Positions 38,593 through 47,888 of a stretch of DNA of 64,000 bases are shown piece by piece. Both the position numbers and the translations under genes were made by a program. The stretch comes from an uncultured candidate division Zixibacteria bacterium (GTDB taxonomy: Bacteria > Zixibacteria > MSB-5A5 > GN15 > FEB-12), in NCBI GenBank assembly GCA_963735035.1, contig CAVTJJ010000004.1, positions 576,001-640,000 on the forward strand, written 5' to 3'. The first letter of the stretch is position 1. Each line of letters begins with the position of its first letter. A model generated the notes under the pieces. That model did not search any database. It was not told the origin of the DNA and saw only the letters and a list, made by a program, of their open reading frames with translations.

Positions 38593-38760
38593 TATTTGCG
38601 GTAACGTGAGATTCTATGGCATTGTCCCATATTATGATTCTTAATCTTAGCGCAAGATAGTATGGCAGAGCGAAGATGTCATCCAAAATCTCGCTCAAGA
38701 GTTGGGAACCCCAATTCCAGTCGCTATCGTAGAGGCCGCAAGGCCGTCATTCCTGCGGAA

Positions 38761-38911
38761 GGGCCTGTTGAAAAAGTCTGTGTCGGCTCTATTAGTAACC
38801 TTCCACACGCGTTGGTGACACCCCTAAGTCGCTGCAACGCGTCAGGTCACACGCCGCCTTTGGCGTCGCAAGACCTGACGCAACAACATTCGAGAGGTTC
38901 TCCAGCAACCC
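38761..38911 (+). mobile_element. Element with MITE-like ends enclosing a GCGTCAGGTC REP, nested in a GTCATTCCTGCG...CGCGGGTATGAC palindrome
   Basis: Left end GGGCCTGTTGAAAAAG matches copy 2; right end TTCTCCAGCAACCC is degenerate. Confidence 0.55.
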
Positions 38912-39102
38912 CCCCCGCGGGTATGACGGAGCTATCGCTCCGTTCATCCATCCCATCGCAAGCGCTCGGGCACCAAACTTGGGTAGGGGGAGAATTCTAC
39001 TCCTGTTAAGAGAGATCATTCATATACGTCTTCCACAATTCCCCTTGACCCGCCCTTCAATTGTCATACCTTCCGTCGGAGATAAAGGAGACTATTTACA
39101 CC

Positions 39103-39582
39103 ATGCCAAAATATGATCGCGATATCGGTATCCCCGTCCCCGGCTTCAACGCTGCTGTCGTCAAGCAGGATGCCGACGGTTGGAAATATCTCGTCTTTCA
39201 ACGCGCCGAAACCGAACCGTACGGCGGCTTCTGGAGCTTCCTGACCGGCAGCAAATTGCCGAATGAGACGGTCGCACAGGCGGTTTGCCGCGATGTCAAG
39301 ACTCAGACAGGGTTGGCCGATTTCCGGATGTTCGCCACCGAGTATCTGGTCCAATTCTACGAGCCCGAAAACGACAAGCTCTGGATACTGCCGCTAATCG
39401 TCGTAGTGGTCCACCCTGACTCGAAAGTCGCTCTGTCACCTGAATATCAGCAGGCGCAATGGTTGACGTCACGGTCGGCCAAACACCGGGTGAGCTGGAA
39501 GAACCTGATTACGGCCATTGACGATGTCGCCGACGAGCTCGAGATCTTTCCGGCCAAGAACTGGGTCGAGATTTATCCCTGA
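39103..39582 (+). CDS. Nudix-fold protein (NudB-like) with a degenerate Nudix box
   Basis: YLVFQRA, GFWSFLTGSKLPNETVAQAVCRDVKTQTGL, LSPEYQQAQW. Confidence 0.8.
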   Translation: MPKYDRDIGIPVPGFNAAVVKQDADGWKYLVFQRAETEPYGGFWSFLTGSKLPNETVAQAVCRDVKTQTGLADFRMFATEYLVQFYEPENDKLWILPLIVVVVHPDSKVALSPEYQQAQWLTSRSAKHRVSWKNLITAIDDVADELEIFPAKNWVEIYP

Positions 39583-39693
39583 TCTCTGGGCGGTCGATTT
39601 TCACGGAACTTACTGACCGCCAAGACGTTGAACGATGGCACAGGTAGGCCTTGCGCATCCGGTTCGATATGGTATATTTGGGCCGCCCCTGGT

Positions 39694-39837
39694 TCACGAA
39701 TGTCGGCAGATGTGGATCCGCCGCGGCGGACCGGGCACGCTGAGCGCGGACCGGGCACGCTGAGCGCGGACCGGGCATGTGTTGCCCAAAGGAGTTCGGC
39801 TCACGAATGTCGGCAGATGTGGACATCTGCCGGGCAC
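39694..39837. repeat. Two GGCAGATGTGGA REP copies separated by a 20-bp tandem repeat (about 2.5 units of GCGGACCGGGCACGCTGAGC)
   Basis: TCACGAATGTCGGCAGATGTGGA at 39694 and 39801; tandem units at 39726-39777. Confidence 0.9.
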
Positions 39838-39850
39838 CGTAGGCTAGCAT

Positions 39851-40204
39851 ATGTTGATAACCGTCTGTAAATCGAAAATCCATCGGGCCACGATCACCGA
39901 GGCCAATCTGAACTATGTCGGGTCTCTGACTATCGACGAGGATCTGATGAAGCTCGCCGATCTGGTGGAGTTCGAGCGGATTTCGATTGTCAACGTCAAC
40001 AACGGCGAACGGTTTGACACTTATGTAATCAAAGGCAAGCCGGGGAGTGGCATAATAACGCTCAACGGCGCCGCGGCCCGCAAAGGGCAACCGGGGGACT
40101 TGATTATCATAATCGCCTGGGGATTGATCGAAAAAGACCAGGCCGCAGGGTATAAACCGGCGGTGGTTCATGTCGATCAACATAACAGGCCGACCAAGAA
40201 GTAA
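39851..40204 (+). CDS. panD: Aspartate 1-decarboxylase
   Basis: [18 protein letters not shown] (G-S autocleavage site), [15 protein letters not shown]. Confidence 0.97.
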   Translation: MLITVCKSKIHRATITEANLNYVGSLTIDEDLMKLADLVEFERISIVNVNNGERFDTYVIKGKPGSGIITLNGAAARKGQPGDLIIIIAWGLIEKDQAAGYKPAVVHVDQHNRPTKK

Positions 40205-40213
40205 CGTCAGGCG

Positions 40214-40990
40214 GTGACAGCCGCCCTATCGAATTACAGGCAGGTTGATTTGAAAATCAGAAAAGCGGCGGTTGTTCTGGCCGCGGGTAAGGGCAAGCGG
40301 ATGAAATCCGATCTGCCCAAAGTCCTTCACGAAATTCACGGGAGGCCGATGATCTGTCGGCTCCTTGATACATTGCTCGACATACAATTCGAGCGCGTGG
40401 TGCTGGTGATCGGTCACAAAGCCGAACTGGTGCGCGAAGCCTTGGTTGACTACCCAGTCAAGTTCGTCCTTCAAGAACAGCAGTTGGGGACCGGTCACGC
40501 GGTCGGGATGGCGCGACCGGAATTGGCCGATTTCGACGGTATTACTCTGGTGGCTGCGGGCGACGTGCCGTTTCTTTCAAAAGGATCGATCGAAAATCTG
40601 TTCGAGGTCCATACCCGCACCAAAGCGGCCGCGACCTGTCTTTCGGCCGTATTTGACAATCCCTCAGGCTACGGTAGGATTATCCGTCAACAAGGCACTG
40701 ATTTCCTCGAAGCCATTGTGGAGCATAAAGATGCCACCACCGAACAGCTCCAAATTCGCGAAATAAATACCGGAACTTTCTGCTTTGACAATCGGCTCTT
40801 GTTTGAGGCCATCGATCAAATCGGCTGCGAAAACTCCCAGCAGGAATACTATCTGACCGATGCCGTCCATATCCTTCATTCCAAAGGGCATCCGGTTTCG
40901 GTGGTAAAGGCGGCCAATCCGGACGAAGTCCTTGGTGTCAATTCGGTTGAACAGTTGGACTATTTGGCCGGCAAATTCGCGCCCCGGTGA
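40214..40990 (+). CDS. glmU: GlmU-type N-acetylglucosamine-1-phosphate uridyltransferase domain only (start may be TTG 40250)
   Basis: LAAGKGKRMKSDLPKVLH, QQLGTGHAV, GDVP, GYGRI, NSQQEYYLTD, GVNS; no C-terminal hexapeptide domain. Confidence 0.85.
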   Translation: MTAALSNYRQVDLKIRKAAVVLAAGKGKRMKSDLPKVLHEIHGRPMICRLLDTLLDIQFERVVLVIGHKAELVREALVDYPVKFVLQEQQLGTGHAVGMARPELADFDGITLVAAGDVPFLSKGSIENLFEVHTRTKAAATCLSAVFDNPSGYGRIIRQQGTDFLEAIVEHKDATTEQLQIREINTGTFCFDNRLLFEAIDQIGCENSQQEYYLTDAVHILHSKGHPVSVVKAANPDEVLGVNSVEQLDYLAGKFAPR

Positions 40991-41151
40991 GCGCTGATAC
41001 CTGATTGTAGTCAACCGAACAGCCGATTAAACGTTATAATGGAATATGCTAGGTCGGGCCTGGAATCGTGAGAGAGGTCAGGACCGACGCTTTTATAGTT
41101 GACGTCGTTGGTTGAGCGCGCTAATTTGAAGGTGGGATTGGAGATATAGCC

Positions 41152-41639
41152 ATGAAACGGTCATTGATAATTATCTTCTCGCTTCTGATTCTCTTTGGGG
41201 TGAGTTCGGCCCAACAGTCCGATGTAGGTTCGTTGAAGGGATCTTCATCGAACGCCATCTCCGGCCTGGGTGTTAGTCCTGCCAAATCTCCGTTCTCGCT
41301 GATCGATCTTTCCCGAATCAAATGGTCCAACAGTTATTCCGTGGCGTTTTTCAGCGGTGGCGGCAGTTCCGGTTCGGTTGGTCTGTGGAATACGACCATG
41401 GATTATCAGATTTCATCGAAGTTGTTTCTGGCCGTCAATCTGGGTGTGCTTCATAACCCCGGAGCGATGTGGAACAAGACCGAATCCAGCGGCGCGCGTT
41501 TCTGCCCGGATTCAGACTGGACTACCGGCCGTCCGATAAATTTATGATGTCGATCAGTGTGCAGCAGGGAGCAGGCTACTATGATCCGTATTACTCGCGC
41601 GCTTATCGGGGGCGACTGACCCCGCTATTAACCGAATGA
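41152..41639 (+). CDS. Conserved hypothetical secreted protein, frameshifted at about 41499-41501
   Basis: Signal peptide, LIDLSRIKWSNSYSVAF; continues in another frame as FLPGFRLDYRPSDKFMMSISVQQ...TE*. Confidence 0.65.
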
Positions 41640-41704
41640 ATTGCGGTTGCCGATGATTCCCTCGCACCCTCTCTTTTCAAATCCACATTTCGTCATTAAG
41701 TCGT

Positions 41705-42235
41705 ATGCATAGAACTAACGGGTCGGACAATCCGGCGCCCGCGCCGGACCATGAACAGATTATTTCTCCACGCCGACGGACTTTTCTAAGAGTCCTGGAC
41801 ATTGTTTTGGTGCTGGCGTGTACCGGCCTGGCTGTTTATATTGGAGTACTGGCCTATCCTGTGGTCAGTGGCTACACACTTGAGAAACCGACACCTCGTT
41901 ATGAGGTGAGACTGCAAATAGTTGACGCCAGCGGTCGGATTGGCGGAACCGAGCAGTTGACCCGGCAGATAGAAAGCGCTTCCGATCTCGATCTGAGCGT
42001 GGCGGTGATAGAAACCGACCGATTCGAGGTTCGTCCCGTGCAGCGATCATTCGTATTATCGCGGCTCGAGGATGTGACCGCGGCGAAACTTCTAGCCCAA
42101 CGTCTGGGACTTGACCCCGACGAAGTGGAGTACAAGCCGCTTGACAACAACCAGGCCGTGGTGACCGCGACGTTGGTAATCGGCGTCGACGGCGTGCGAC
42201 CGATTCCTGCGGCAGGAAAAACAAAGGAGACTTAG
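41705..42235 (+). CDS. LytR C-terminal domain-like membrane-anchored protein
   Basis: Single TM, VRLQIVDASG, ATLVIGVD; sits before rsfS. Confidence 0.65.
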   Translation: MHRTNGSDNPAPAPDHEQIISPRRRTFLRVLDIVLVLACTGLAVYIGVLAYPVVSGYTLEKPTPRYEVRLQIVDASGRIGGTEQLTRQIESASDLDLSVAVIETDRFEVRPVQRSFVLSRLEDVTAAKLLAQRLGLDPDEVEYKPLDNNQAVVTATLVIGVDGVRPIPAAGKTKET

Positions 42236-42243
42236 TTCCGCAC

Positions 42244-42600
42244 TTGAGAAAGCTTTCCCCTCTCGCCCTCGCCCGTGCTGCCGGTCGGCTAGCTCTCGAA
42301 AAAAAAGGATTCGATGTCAGGATACTCAAGCTCAAGGAGCTGTCATCCGTTTGTGATTATTTCGTCCTTGCTTCGGGAGAAGCCGACACTCACGTCAGAG
42401 CTATCGCGGATGCTGTTTATGACGGCCTGGTCGAGGCAGGTTACAAGCCGACGTATCGCGAAGGCCAGCGGGAAGGTAACTGGGTATTGCTTGATTATAT
42501 AGATGTGGTGGTGCATGTGTTCTACGAACCTACCCGGCGCTTTTATGCTTTGGAGAAGCTCTGGGGCGATGCGCCCGTAGAAGAACTCTCCGACGATTAA
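42244..42600 (+). CDS. rsfS: Ribosome silencing factor
   Basis: EKKGFDV, CDYFVLASG, WVLLDYIDVVVHVF, RRFYALEKLWGDA. Confidence 0.96.
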   Translation: MRKLSPLALARAAGRLALEKKGFDVRILKLKELSSVCDYFVLASGEADTHVRAIADAVYDGLVEAGYKPTYREGQREGNWVLLDYIDVVVHVFYEPTRRFYALEKLWGDAPVEELSDD

Positions 42601-42615
42601 CGAAAGGGTAACGGA

Positions 42616-43900
42616 TTGGAAACAAAAACTGACAATAAGCCCGACAGCGTGGAGTTAGTCGAGCTCAAGAAGAAAACCATCGCCGAGCTGCTCGCGGCTG
42701 CCGAGGCGCTGGATATTCCGGGTGTCTCCGGTCTGCGCAAGTCAGAACTGATCTACAAGATCATGGAAGCGAAATCCACCACCAGCGAAGGCATGATCTT
42801 CGCCGAGGGTGTGCTCGAAACCATGGAAGAAGGGTACGGCTTCCTGCGCTCGCCCGACTACTGCTATCTTCCCGGACCGGATGACATCTACGTGTCGCCG
42901 TCACAGATCAAACGTTTCGACCTGCGCACCGGCGATACCGTCTCCGGCCAGGTACGTCCGCCCAAAGACAACGAGCGGTATTTCGCTCTGCTCAAGATCG
43001 AAGCGGTCAACCATGACGAACCCGAAGTCGCCAAGCATAAGACGCTGTTCGACAACCTGACCCCGCTCTATCCGGACAAGGCTTTCAAGCTCGAAGTCGG
43101 CCAGCAGGAATTGACCACGCGCATTATCGATCTGATGTGTCCAATCGGCCGGGGACAGCGCGCTTTGATTACGTCGCCGCCGAAAGCCGGTAAGACGGTC
43201 ATCCTCCAGAAGATTGCGCAGGCCATTACCGCCAATCATCCCGAAGTCGTGTTGATCGTGCTCCTGATCGATGAGCGTCCCGGAAGAAGTCACCGACATG
43301 CGTCGCTCGGTGAAGGGCGAAGTTATTTCATCCACTTTCGACGAACCGGCGGAACGTCACGTGCAGGTCGCCAAGATGGTGCTCGAGAAAGCCAAACGTT
43401 TGGTGGAGCACAAGCAGCACGTCGTGATTCTGCTCGATTCGATCACCCGCCTGGCGCGTGCTCACAACGCGGTCGTGCCGCACTCCGGCAAGATTCTCTC
43501 GGGTGGTGTTGATTCCAATGCGCTGCACATGCCGAAGCGGTTCTTCGGCGCCGCGCGCAATATCGAAGAGGGTGGCTCGCTGACTATCATCGGTACGGCG
43601 CTGATAGAGACCGGCTCGCGCATGGACGAAGTTATTTTCGAAGAGTTCAAGGGAACGGGCAACATGGAAATGGTGCTCGACCGTCGTCTGGCCGAACGGC
43701 GTATCTATCCGGCGATGGATATCAACCGGTCCGAGACTCGCAAAGAAAACCTGCTGCTCGACGAAGACGTACTCGCGAAGCTGTACATTCTGCGGCGATT
43801 CCTGGCGGAGATGAATCCGATCGAGTCGATGGAATTTCTGATTGGTCGTATTCAGAAGACCGAGAGCAATCGCAAGTTCCTGGCATCGATGAAGGATTAA
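42616..43900 (+). CDS. rho: Transcription termination factor Rho, split by a +1 frameshift at about 43279-43283
   Basis: [58 protein letters not shown]. Confidence 0.96.
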
Positions 43901-43943
43901 CGAGTTACGACTGCCCGGGACCTCATTTCACACGTCCATTATT

Positions 43944-44250
43944 CTGTCTTGCCCCGGTTTGGCCGGGGCACCCAAGGGTTGTTCGTTATGTGCCCGGCAG
44001 ATGCCCACATCTGCCGGCTCGTACGACTACCGCCCCATATCTGTCCTGCCCCGGCATGACCGGGGCACCCAAGGGTGTGATGTGCTAGTTTCCCCTTGCA
44101 TCACACAGCCACCTTCACTATTCTATCTATTAGGAGACAGTTTCCCTGTATCACGAGGGCTCAATGGCGACGTGTGGTAGCCCACAGCTTGCTGTAGGGC
44201 GGTGGAACTTGAAGAACCGTAGGGCAGAACCCCTTGTGGTTCTGCCAGGG
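43944..44250. repeat. REP cluster downstream of rho
   Basis: GTCTTGCCCCGG..CCGGGGCACCCA-like motif twice, GTGCCCGGCAGATGCCCACATCTGCCGG, GTAGCCCACAGCTTGCTGTAGGG, GTAGGGCAGAACC..GGTTCTGCC. Confidence 0.85.
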
Positions 44251-44300
44251 TGTGAGAAAATGAGGGTTGGACGGAATAGCAATGAATGAGGGAGAAGCAG

Positions 44301-44949
44301 ATGGCTCAAATCAAGAGTAAAGTAGTATGGGTTATGGGGGGAGTGACGCTGGTCGCGCTCGCCTATCTCATTGGCACACAGTCGGCTGAGTGGATGAAAG
44401 AATGGAATCTCAGCCGCCACTCCGATGAGTACCGCACTCAGGCCGCTGATCAAACAGCGGCGATTCTGAGAAAAATGGGGACAATCAAAGTAGGGGACAC
44501 GTTGGGGAACTTCCCGCTGGAAGACATCGAAGGGAAGTTGCATTTATTGTCTGAATTGGTGACAGATAAGACATTAATTACTTACATGAAGCCGGACTGC
44601 GACGCGTGTCTGGAAGAACTCGAGCGATTGCGAAGCGTCGCCAAAGGCCCGGATGTTTACGAACATGTGATACTTGATCACCTCGGCCAATCCGCTGCAC
44701 ATGCAGCGCATACGAGAAGATTACGGTCTGGGGTGTGAGATTTTGTACGATAATGAACGACAGTTTGGTGCGGCGTTGAAGATTCAGTCGTTCCCGTTCA
44801 ATTTGGTGGTGGACCGCGATCGGGTGATACAAGCGATTCACGCGAACACACTTCTACCTGATGACTATGAACAGTTGTTTGAGGCGGTGCACTCCGACAC
44901 AGCGAAGCGGGGCCCGATAATACGTCATGCTGAGCCTGTCGAAGGGTGA
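44301..44949 (+). CDS. Membrane-anchored redoxin (TlpA/AhpC-TSA-like thioredoxin fold), +1 frameshift at about 44674
   Basis: N-terminal TM, KVGDTLGNFPLEDIEGK, KPDCDAC (CxxC), second frame ITSANP...YDNER...SFPFNLVVDRDRVI (cis-Pro loop); GAGGGAG RBS. Confidence 0.85.
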
Positions 44950-45043
44950 CCACTGGAAGAAATCATAAATGCAAAGCCGCCTGACTGTCCGTTCCCTTCC
45001 TTTAACCCATAACCTATCGTAATGAAGGAAGGAGAACTCTATT

Positions 45044-45308
45044 ATGACAAAGATACACGAAAGTTCTGATAATCTATACGTATCTGTTCCTGTTTGCGTT
45101 TACGCTCGGCTTCAGTTTCACAGCGAGAGTCAACGCCGAGCAAGGTCCTGAACCATGCTGTGTGGTGCAGTGGTGTCCCAGCGATCCGGATCAGCCCGAA
45201 CTGCAGGGGCATTTTGATGGTTGGGGATCTTGCGTCTATGAGGCCCATGGTAATCGGTGTGATATCTACACGATCTGTTCCAACCCCAACCCCGGGCCAA
45301 TACAATAG
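45044..45308 (+). CDS. Small secreted six-cysteine peptide (87 aa after removing one A at 45049-45051); not in the ORF track
   Basis: AAGGAG RBS, ATG 45044; corrected MTRYTKVLIIYTYLFLFAFTLGFSFTARVNA-EQGPEPCCVVQWCPSDPDQPELQGHFDGWGSCVYEAHGNRCDIYTICSNPNPGPIQ*. Confidence 0.75.
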
Positions 45309-45431
45309 GTGCAGAATTGCACTGCTCGCACTTGAGTAGTGAATTCCGACAATTGCGTGCAATTTGACAGGCGCAAGTTTTCGATAATCGGAACGGCAGT
45401 CAGGCGGTGATTTAACTGATAGGCTTTGGTT

Positions 45432-47879
45432 ATGAAGTGCCTGCAAATAGTTCGTACTACGTCGGCAATAGTAACGGTCGTGATTTGGGTGTCCATGATC
45501 TTTGTATTCCGTTCCATCTGTCTGGCGGAGCCACGACGCGGCCTTATAATGGCTCACAGCCAGGGGTCTATTCAGACAACGATCACACCTGGAGGGTGGG
45601 GGTACCTGAACAACCTTGGCAGCGGCGATGTCCCCTTCGTCGATCCGATTACCAATGACACCATATATGGAACCACCTATCCAAGGGGAACGAGGGCCGT
45701 GTATATGAACGGCAATGTTGCAGTGTGCGGCATTTCTGGTTCCGACACACTGCTGTCGTCGTTTCTGTGGAGTGATCCACGGATATTTGACAGCCTCTGG
45801 AATGTTGAATCCTCAGATGTTAGTTCGGAATACTACTCGACAGAGGCGCACTCCCCGCTCGATCTTGAGTGCAGGTTTTACGACACTGCGGTTGTCGATA
45901 TTGGCACACCTGCCACGCCGAAGTTGCACACACCTATGGACATAATGGTGACTCAGCGCTCTATGGCCTGGACCGGCGCGTCAGTTGACGACTTCTTCAT
46001 TCTACAGTACGAGGTCGTCAACGTTGGGCATAAGCCGCTCCAACAAGTGTATTGTACCGTGTTCTCCGGGGACTACGACTTTGTAGGGTCTGAGACATAC
46101 GAAGATGACGTGACCGGATTTCTGCAAACCTATCCGCTTGATCCAAATTGCGGTAATAGAGACATACTGAATCTGGCTTACAAGATGGACAACGACGGCG
46201 ATCCCGAGGGTGGCCGCTTTGGTACGGGGTCGCGACGAGCTGGTGTTGGCGTCCTCTATCTGGGTAGTTCGCAACCGTCGGCGACCATCGGATACTACTG
46301 GCTTATTCAATTAGGCGGGGGGTATGATTATTGGGGTCCCCGACGGAAACCTACGTTTGACGATCCCTGGCGATCTTTTGGTCCTTCGTTTGCATTGCCG
46401 GTCAGCAACGGCGACTATTACTATCTCATGAGTCACCCACACATTGCTTATGATCAACTCTTTGCGGCAGTAGACCACGGGTCGGATGGTTGGATGCCGC
46501 CGACCGAAAACGGCACAATCGCCGCCGAGGGCTTAACTCCTGCAGTTATCTACTCGTTTGGCCCTTTTGACATACCGGTGCGAGAGAAGATTAGTTTCAC
46601 CATAGCTGTTGTGGGTGGTGACAATGTCCATACAAATCCGAATGCTTACTTTGAACCAACATCTCCACAAAGCTTCTACGATCAACTCGACTTCTCAGAG
46701 CTTGCCACCAACGCCCAATGGGCCAAATGGGTGTATGATAATCCCGGCGTAGATACAGACTCCGACGGATACTTCGGTGAGTACCGCATCTGCGAAGGCG
46801 AGACGACCTGGTACAAAGGGGACGGCGTCCCTGATTTCCGTGGCAACACGCCGCCGCCGATTCCATTCACCCGGTACGAGACAGAGGCGGGGAAGATCAT
46901 TGTCCGCTGGAACGGATATCTCTCCGAAACAACCAAAGACATCTTCTCGAATTTGATCGATTTCGAGGGGTATCGGGTATATTGCGGTCTGGATAATCGA
47001 AAGACGAGTCTGGCGTTGCTGACCAGTTACGACAAGCAGGACTGGTTGCGGTGGAAATACAACGAGCTGGGATCGGGCGAGAGTCGCTGGTTCAACGATG
47101 ATCCGCCGTTTAGTCTCGATTCGTTGCGCATTCTTCATAACAATCCCGATCTCAACCCCGACGACTACCCCCGTCAACGCCCTTTGTTTGAGGGTGACAG
47201 CGCTTTCTATTTCTCGGCTGTCGACGAGAACGTGTACAGTCTGACTACTCCCAACGGCATCCACAAAGCCTACCCTGATGCTATCAACCCCGGCACTGAC
47301 TCGACCCTCTGGACGGATGCTGATATAACCACCGAGCACGATGGCCGCAAGCTCCCCAAGTACTATGAATATGAATACGTGATCGACAATCTTCTGCCGA
47401 CCGTGCCATATTTTGTTGCCGTAACCGTCTTTGACTTTGGCTATGCCGGCGGACGCGGCAATATGCCTCCCGACGAAACCAACCCGCTCAATAACGTCAC
47501 CGAATGTTACGCGCAGACTTCGTCGGAGATAGTCGAACAAGAGAATCTCGACGCCTATGTCTATCCCAATCCCTACAGAGTTGACGCCAAATATGAGGAC
47601 GGCGGTTACGAGAACCGCAAGGGGAACATCATCCCAGACCGGGCGCGACTAATACATTTCGGCAATCTGCCTCGGGTGTGCAAGATCAAAGTGTATTCAC
47701 TCGACGGCGATCATATTGGCACGATCGATCACAATTTCCCCGAGGGCGGCCCTGAGTCGATGCACGACTGGTGGAACCTTGTGAGCCGCTCCGGCCTGGC
47801 GGTGGAATCGGGGCTTTACTATTGGGTGGTCGAAAGTGCCACTCGCACGCAGATAGGGAAGTTGGTGATATTGAAGTGA
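45432..47879 (+). CDS. Large secreted hypothetical protein with Ca-binding-like loops, an FN3-like region and a CTD/FlgD-like tail
   Basis: Signal-like leader, DNDGDP, DTDSDG, GDGVPDF, DFEGYRVY, YFVAVTVFD, VYPNPYR, SGLYYWVVES, GKLVILK. Confidence 0.85.
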   Translation: MKCLQIVRTTSAIVTVVIWVSMIFVFRSICLAEPRRGLIMAHSQGSIQTTITPGGWGYLNNLGSGDVPFVDPITNDTIYGTTYPRGTRAVYMNGNVAVCGISGSDTLLSSFLWSDPRIFDSLWNVESSDVSSEYYSTEAHSPLDLECRFYDTAVVDIGTPATPKLHTPMDIMVTQRSMAWTGASVDDFFILQYEVVNVGHKPLQQVYCTVFSGDYDFVGSETYEDDVTGFLQTYPLDPNCGNRDILNLAYKMDNDGDPEGGRFGTGSRRAGVGVLYLGSSQPSATIGYYWLIQLGGGYDYWGPRRKPTFDDPWRSFGPSFALPVSNGDYYYLMSHPHIAYDQLFAAVDHGSDGWMPPTENGTIAAEGLTPAVIYSFGPFDIPVREKISFTIAVVGGDNVHTNPNAYFEPTSPQSFYDQLDFSELATNAQWAKWVYDNPGVDTDSDGYFGEYRICEGETTWYKGDGVPDFRGNTPPPIPFTRYETEAGKIIVRWNGYLSETTKDIFSNLIDFEGYRVYCGLDNRKTSLALLTSYDKQDWLRWKYNELGSGESRWFNDDPPFSLDSLRILHNNPDLNPDDYPRQRPLFEGDSAFYFSAVDENVYSLTTPNGIHKAYPDAINPGTDSTLWTDADITTEHDGRKLPKYYEYEYVIDNLLPTVPYFVAVTVFDFGYAGGRGNMPPDETNPLNNVTECYAQTSSEIVEQENLDAYVYPNPYRVDAKYEDGGYENRKGNIIPDRARLIHFGNLPRVCKIKVYSLDGDHIGTIDHNFPEGGPESMHDWWNLVSRSGLAVESGLYYWVVESATRTQIGKLVILK

Positions 47880-47888
47880 CAATCCACT

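Noticed and set aside
43270..43290. Programmed ribosomal frameshifting in rho, metG or rluD
   Set aside because: No slippery heptamers or stimulatory structures; many similar indels in unrelated genes point to sequence error.
45042..45557. ORF-track calls 45042-45557 (-) and 45094-45339 (+)
   Set aside because: No RBS or recognisable features; the frameshift-corrected Cys peptide explains the region better.
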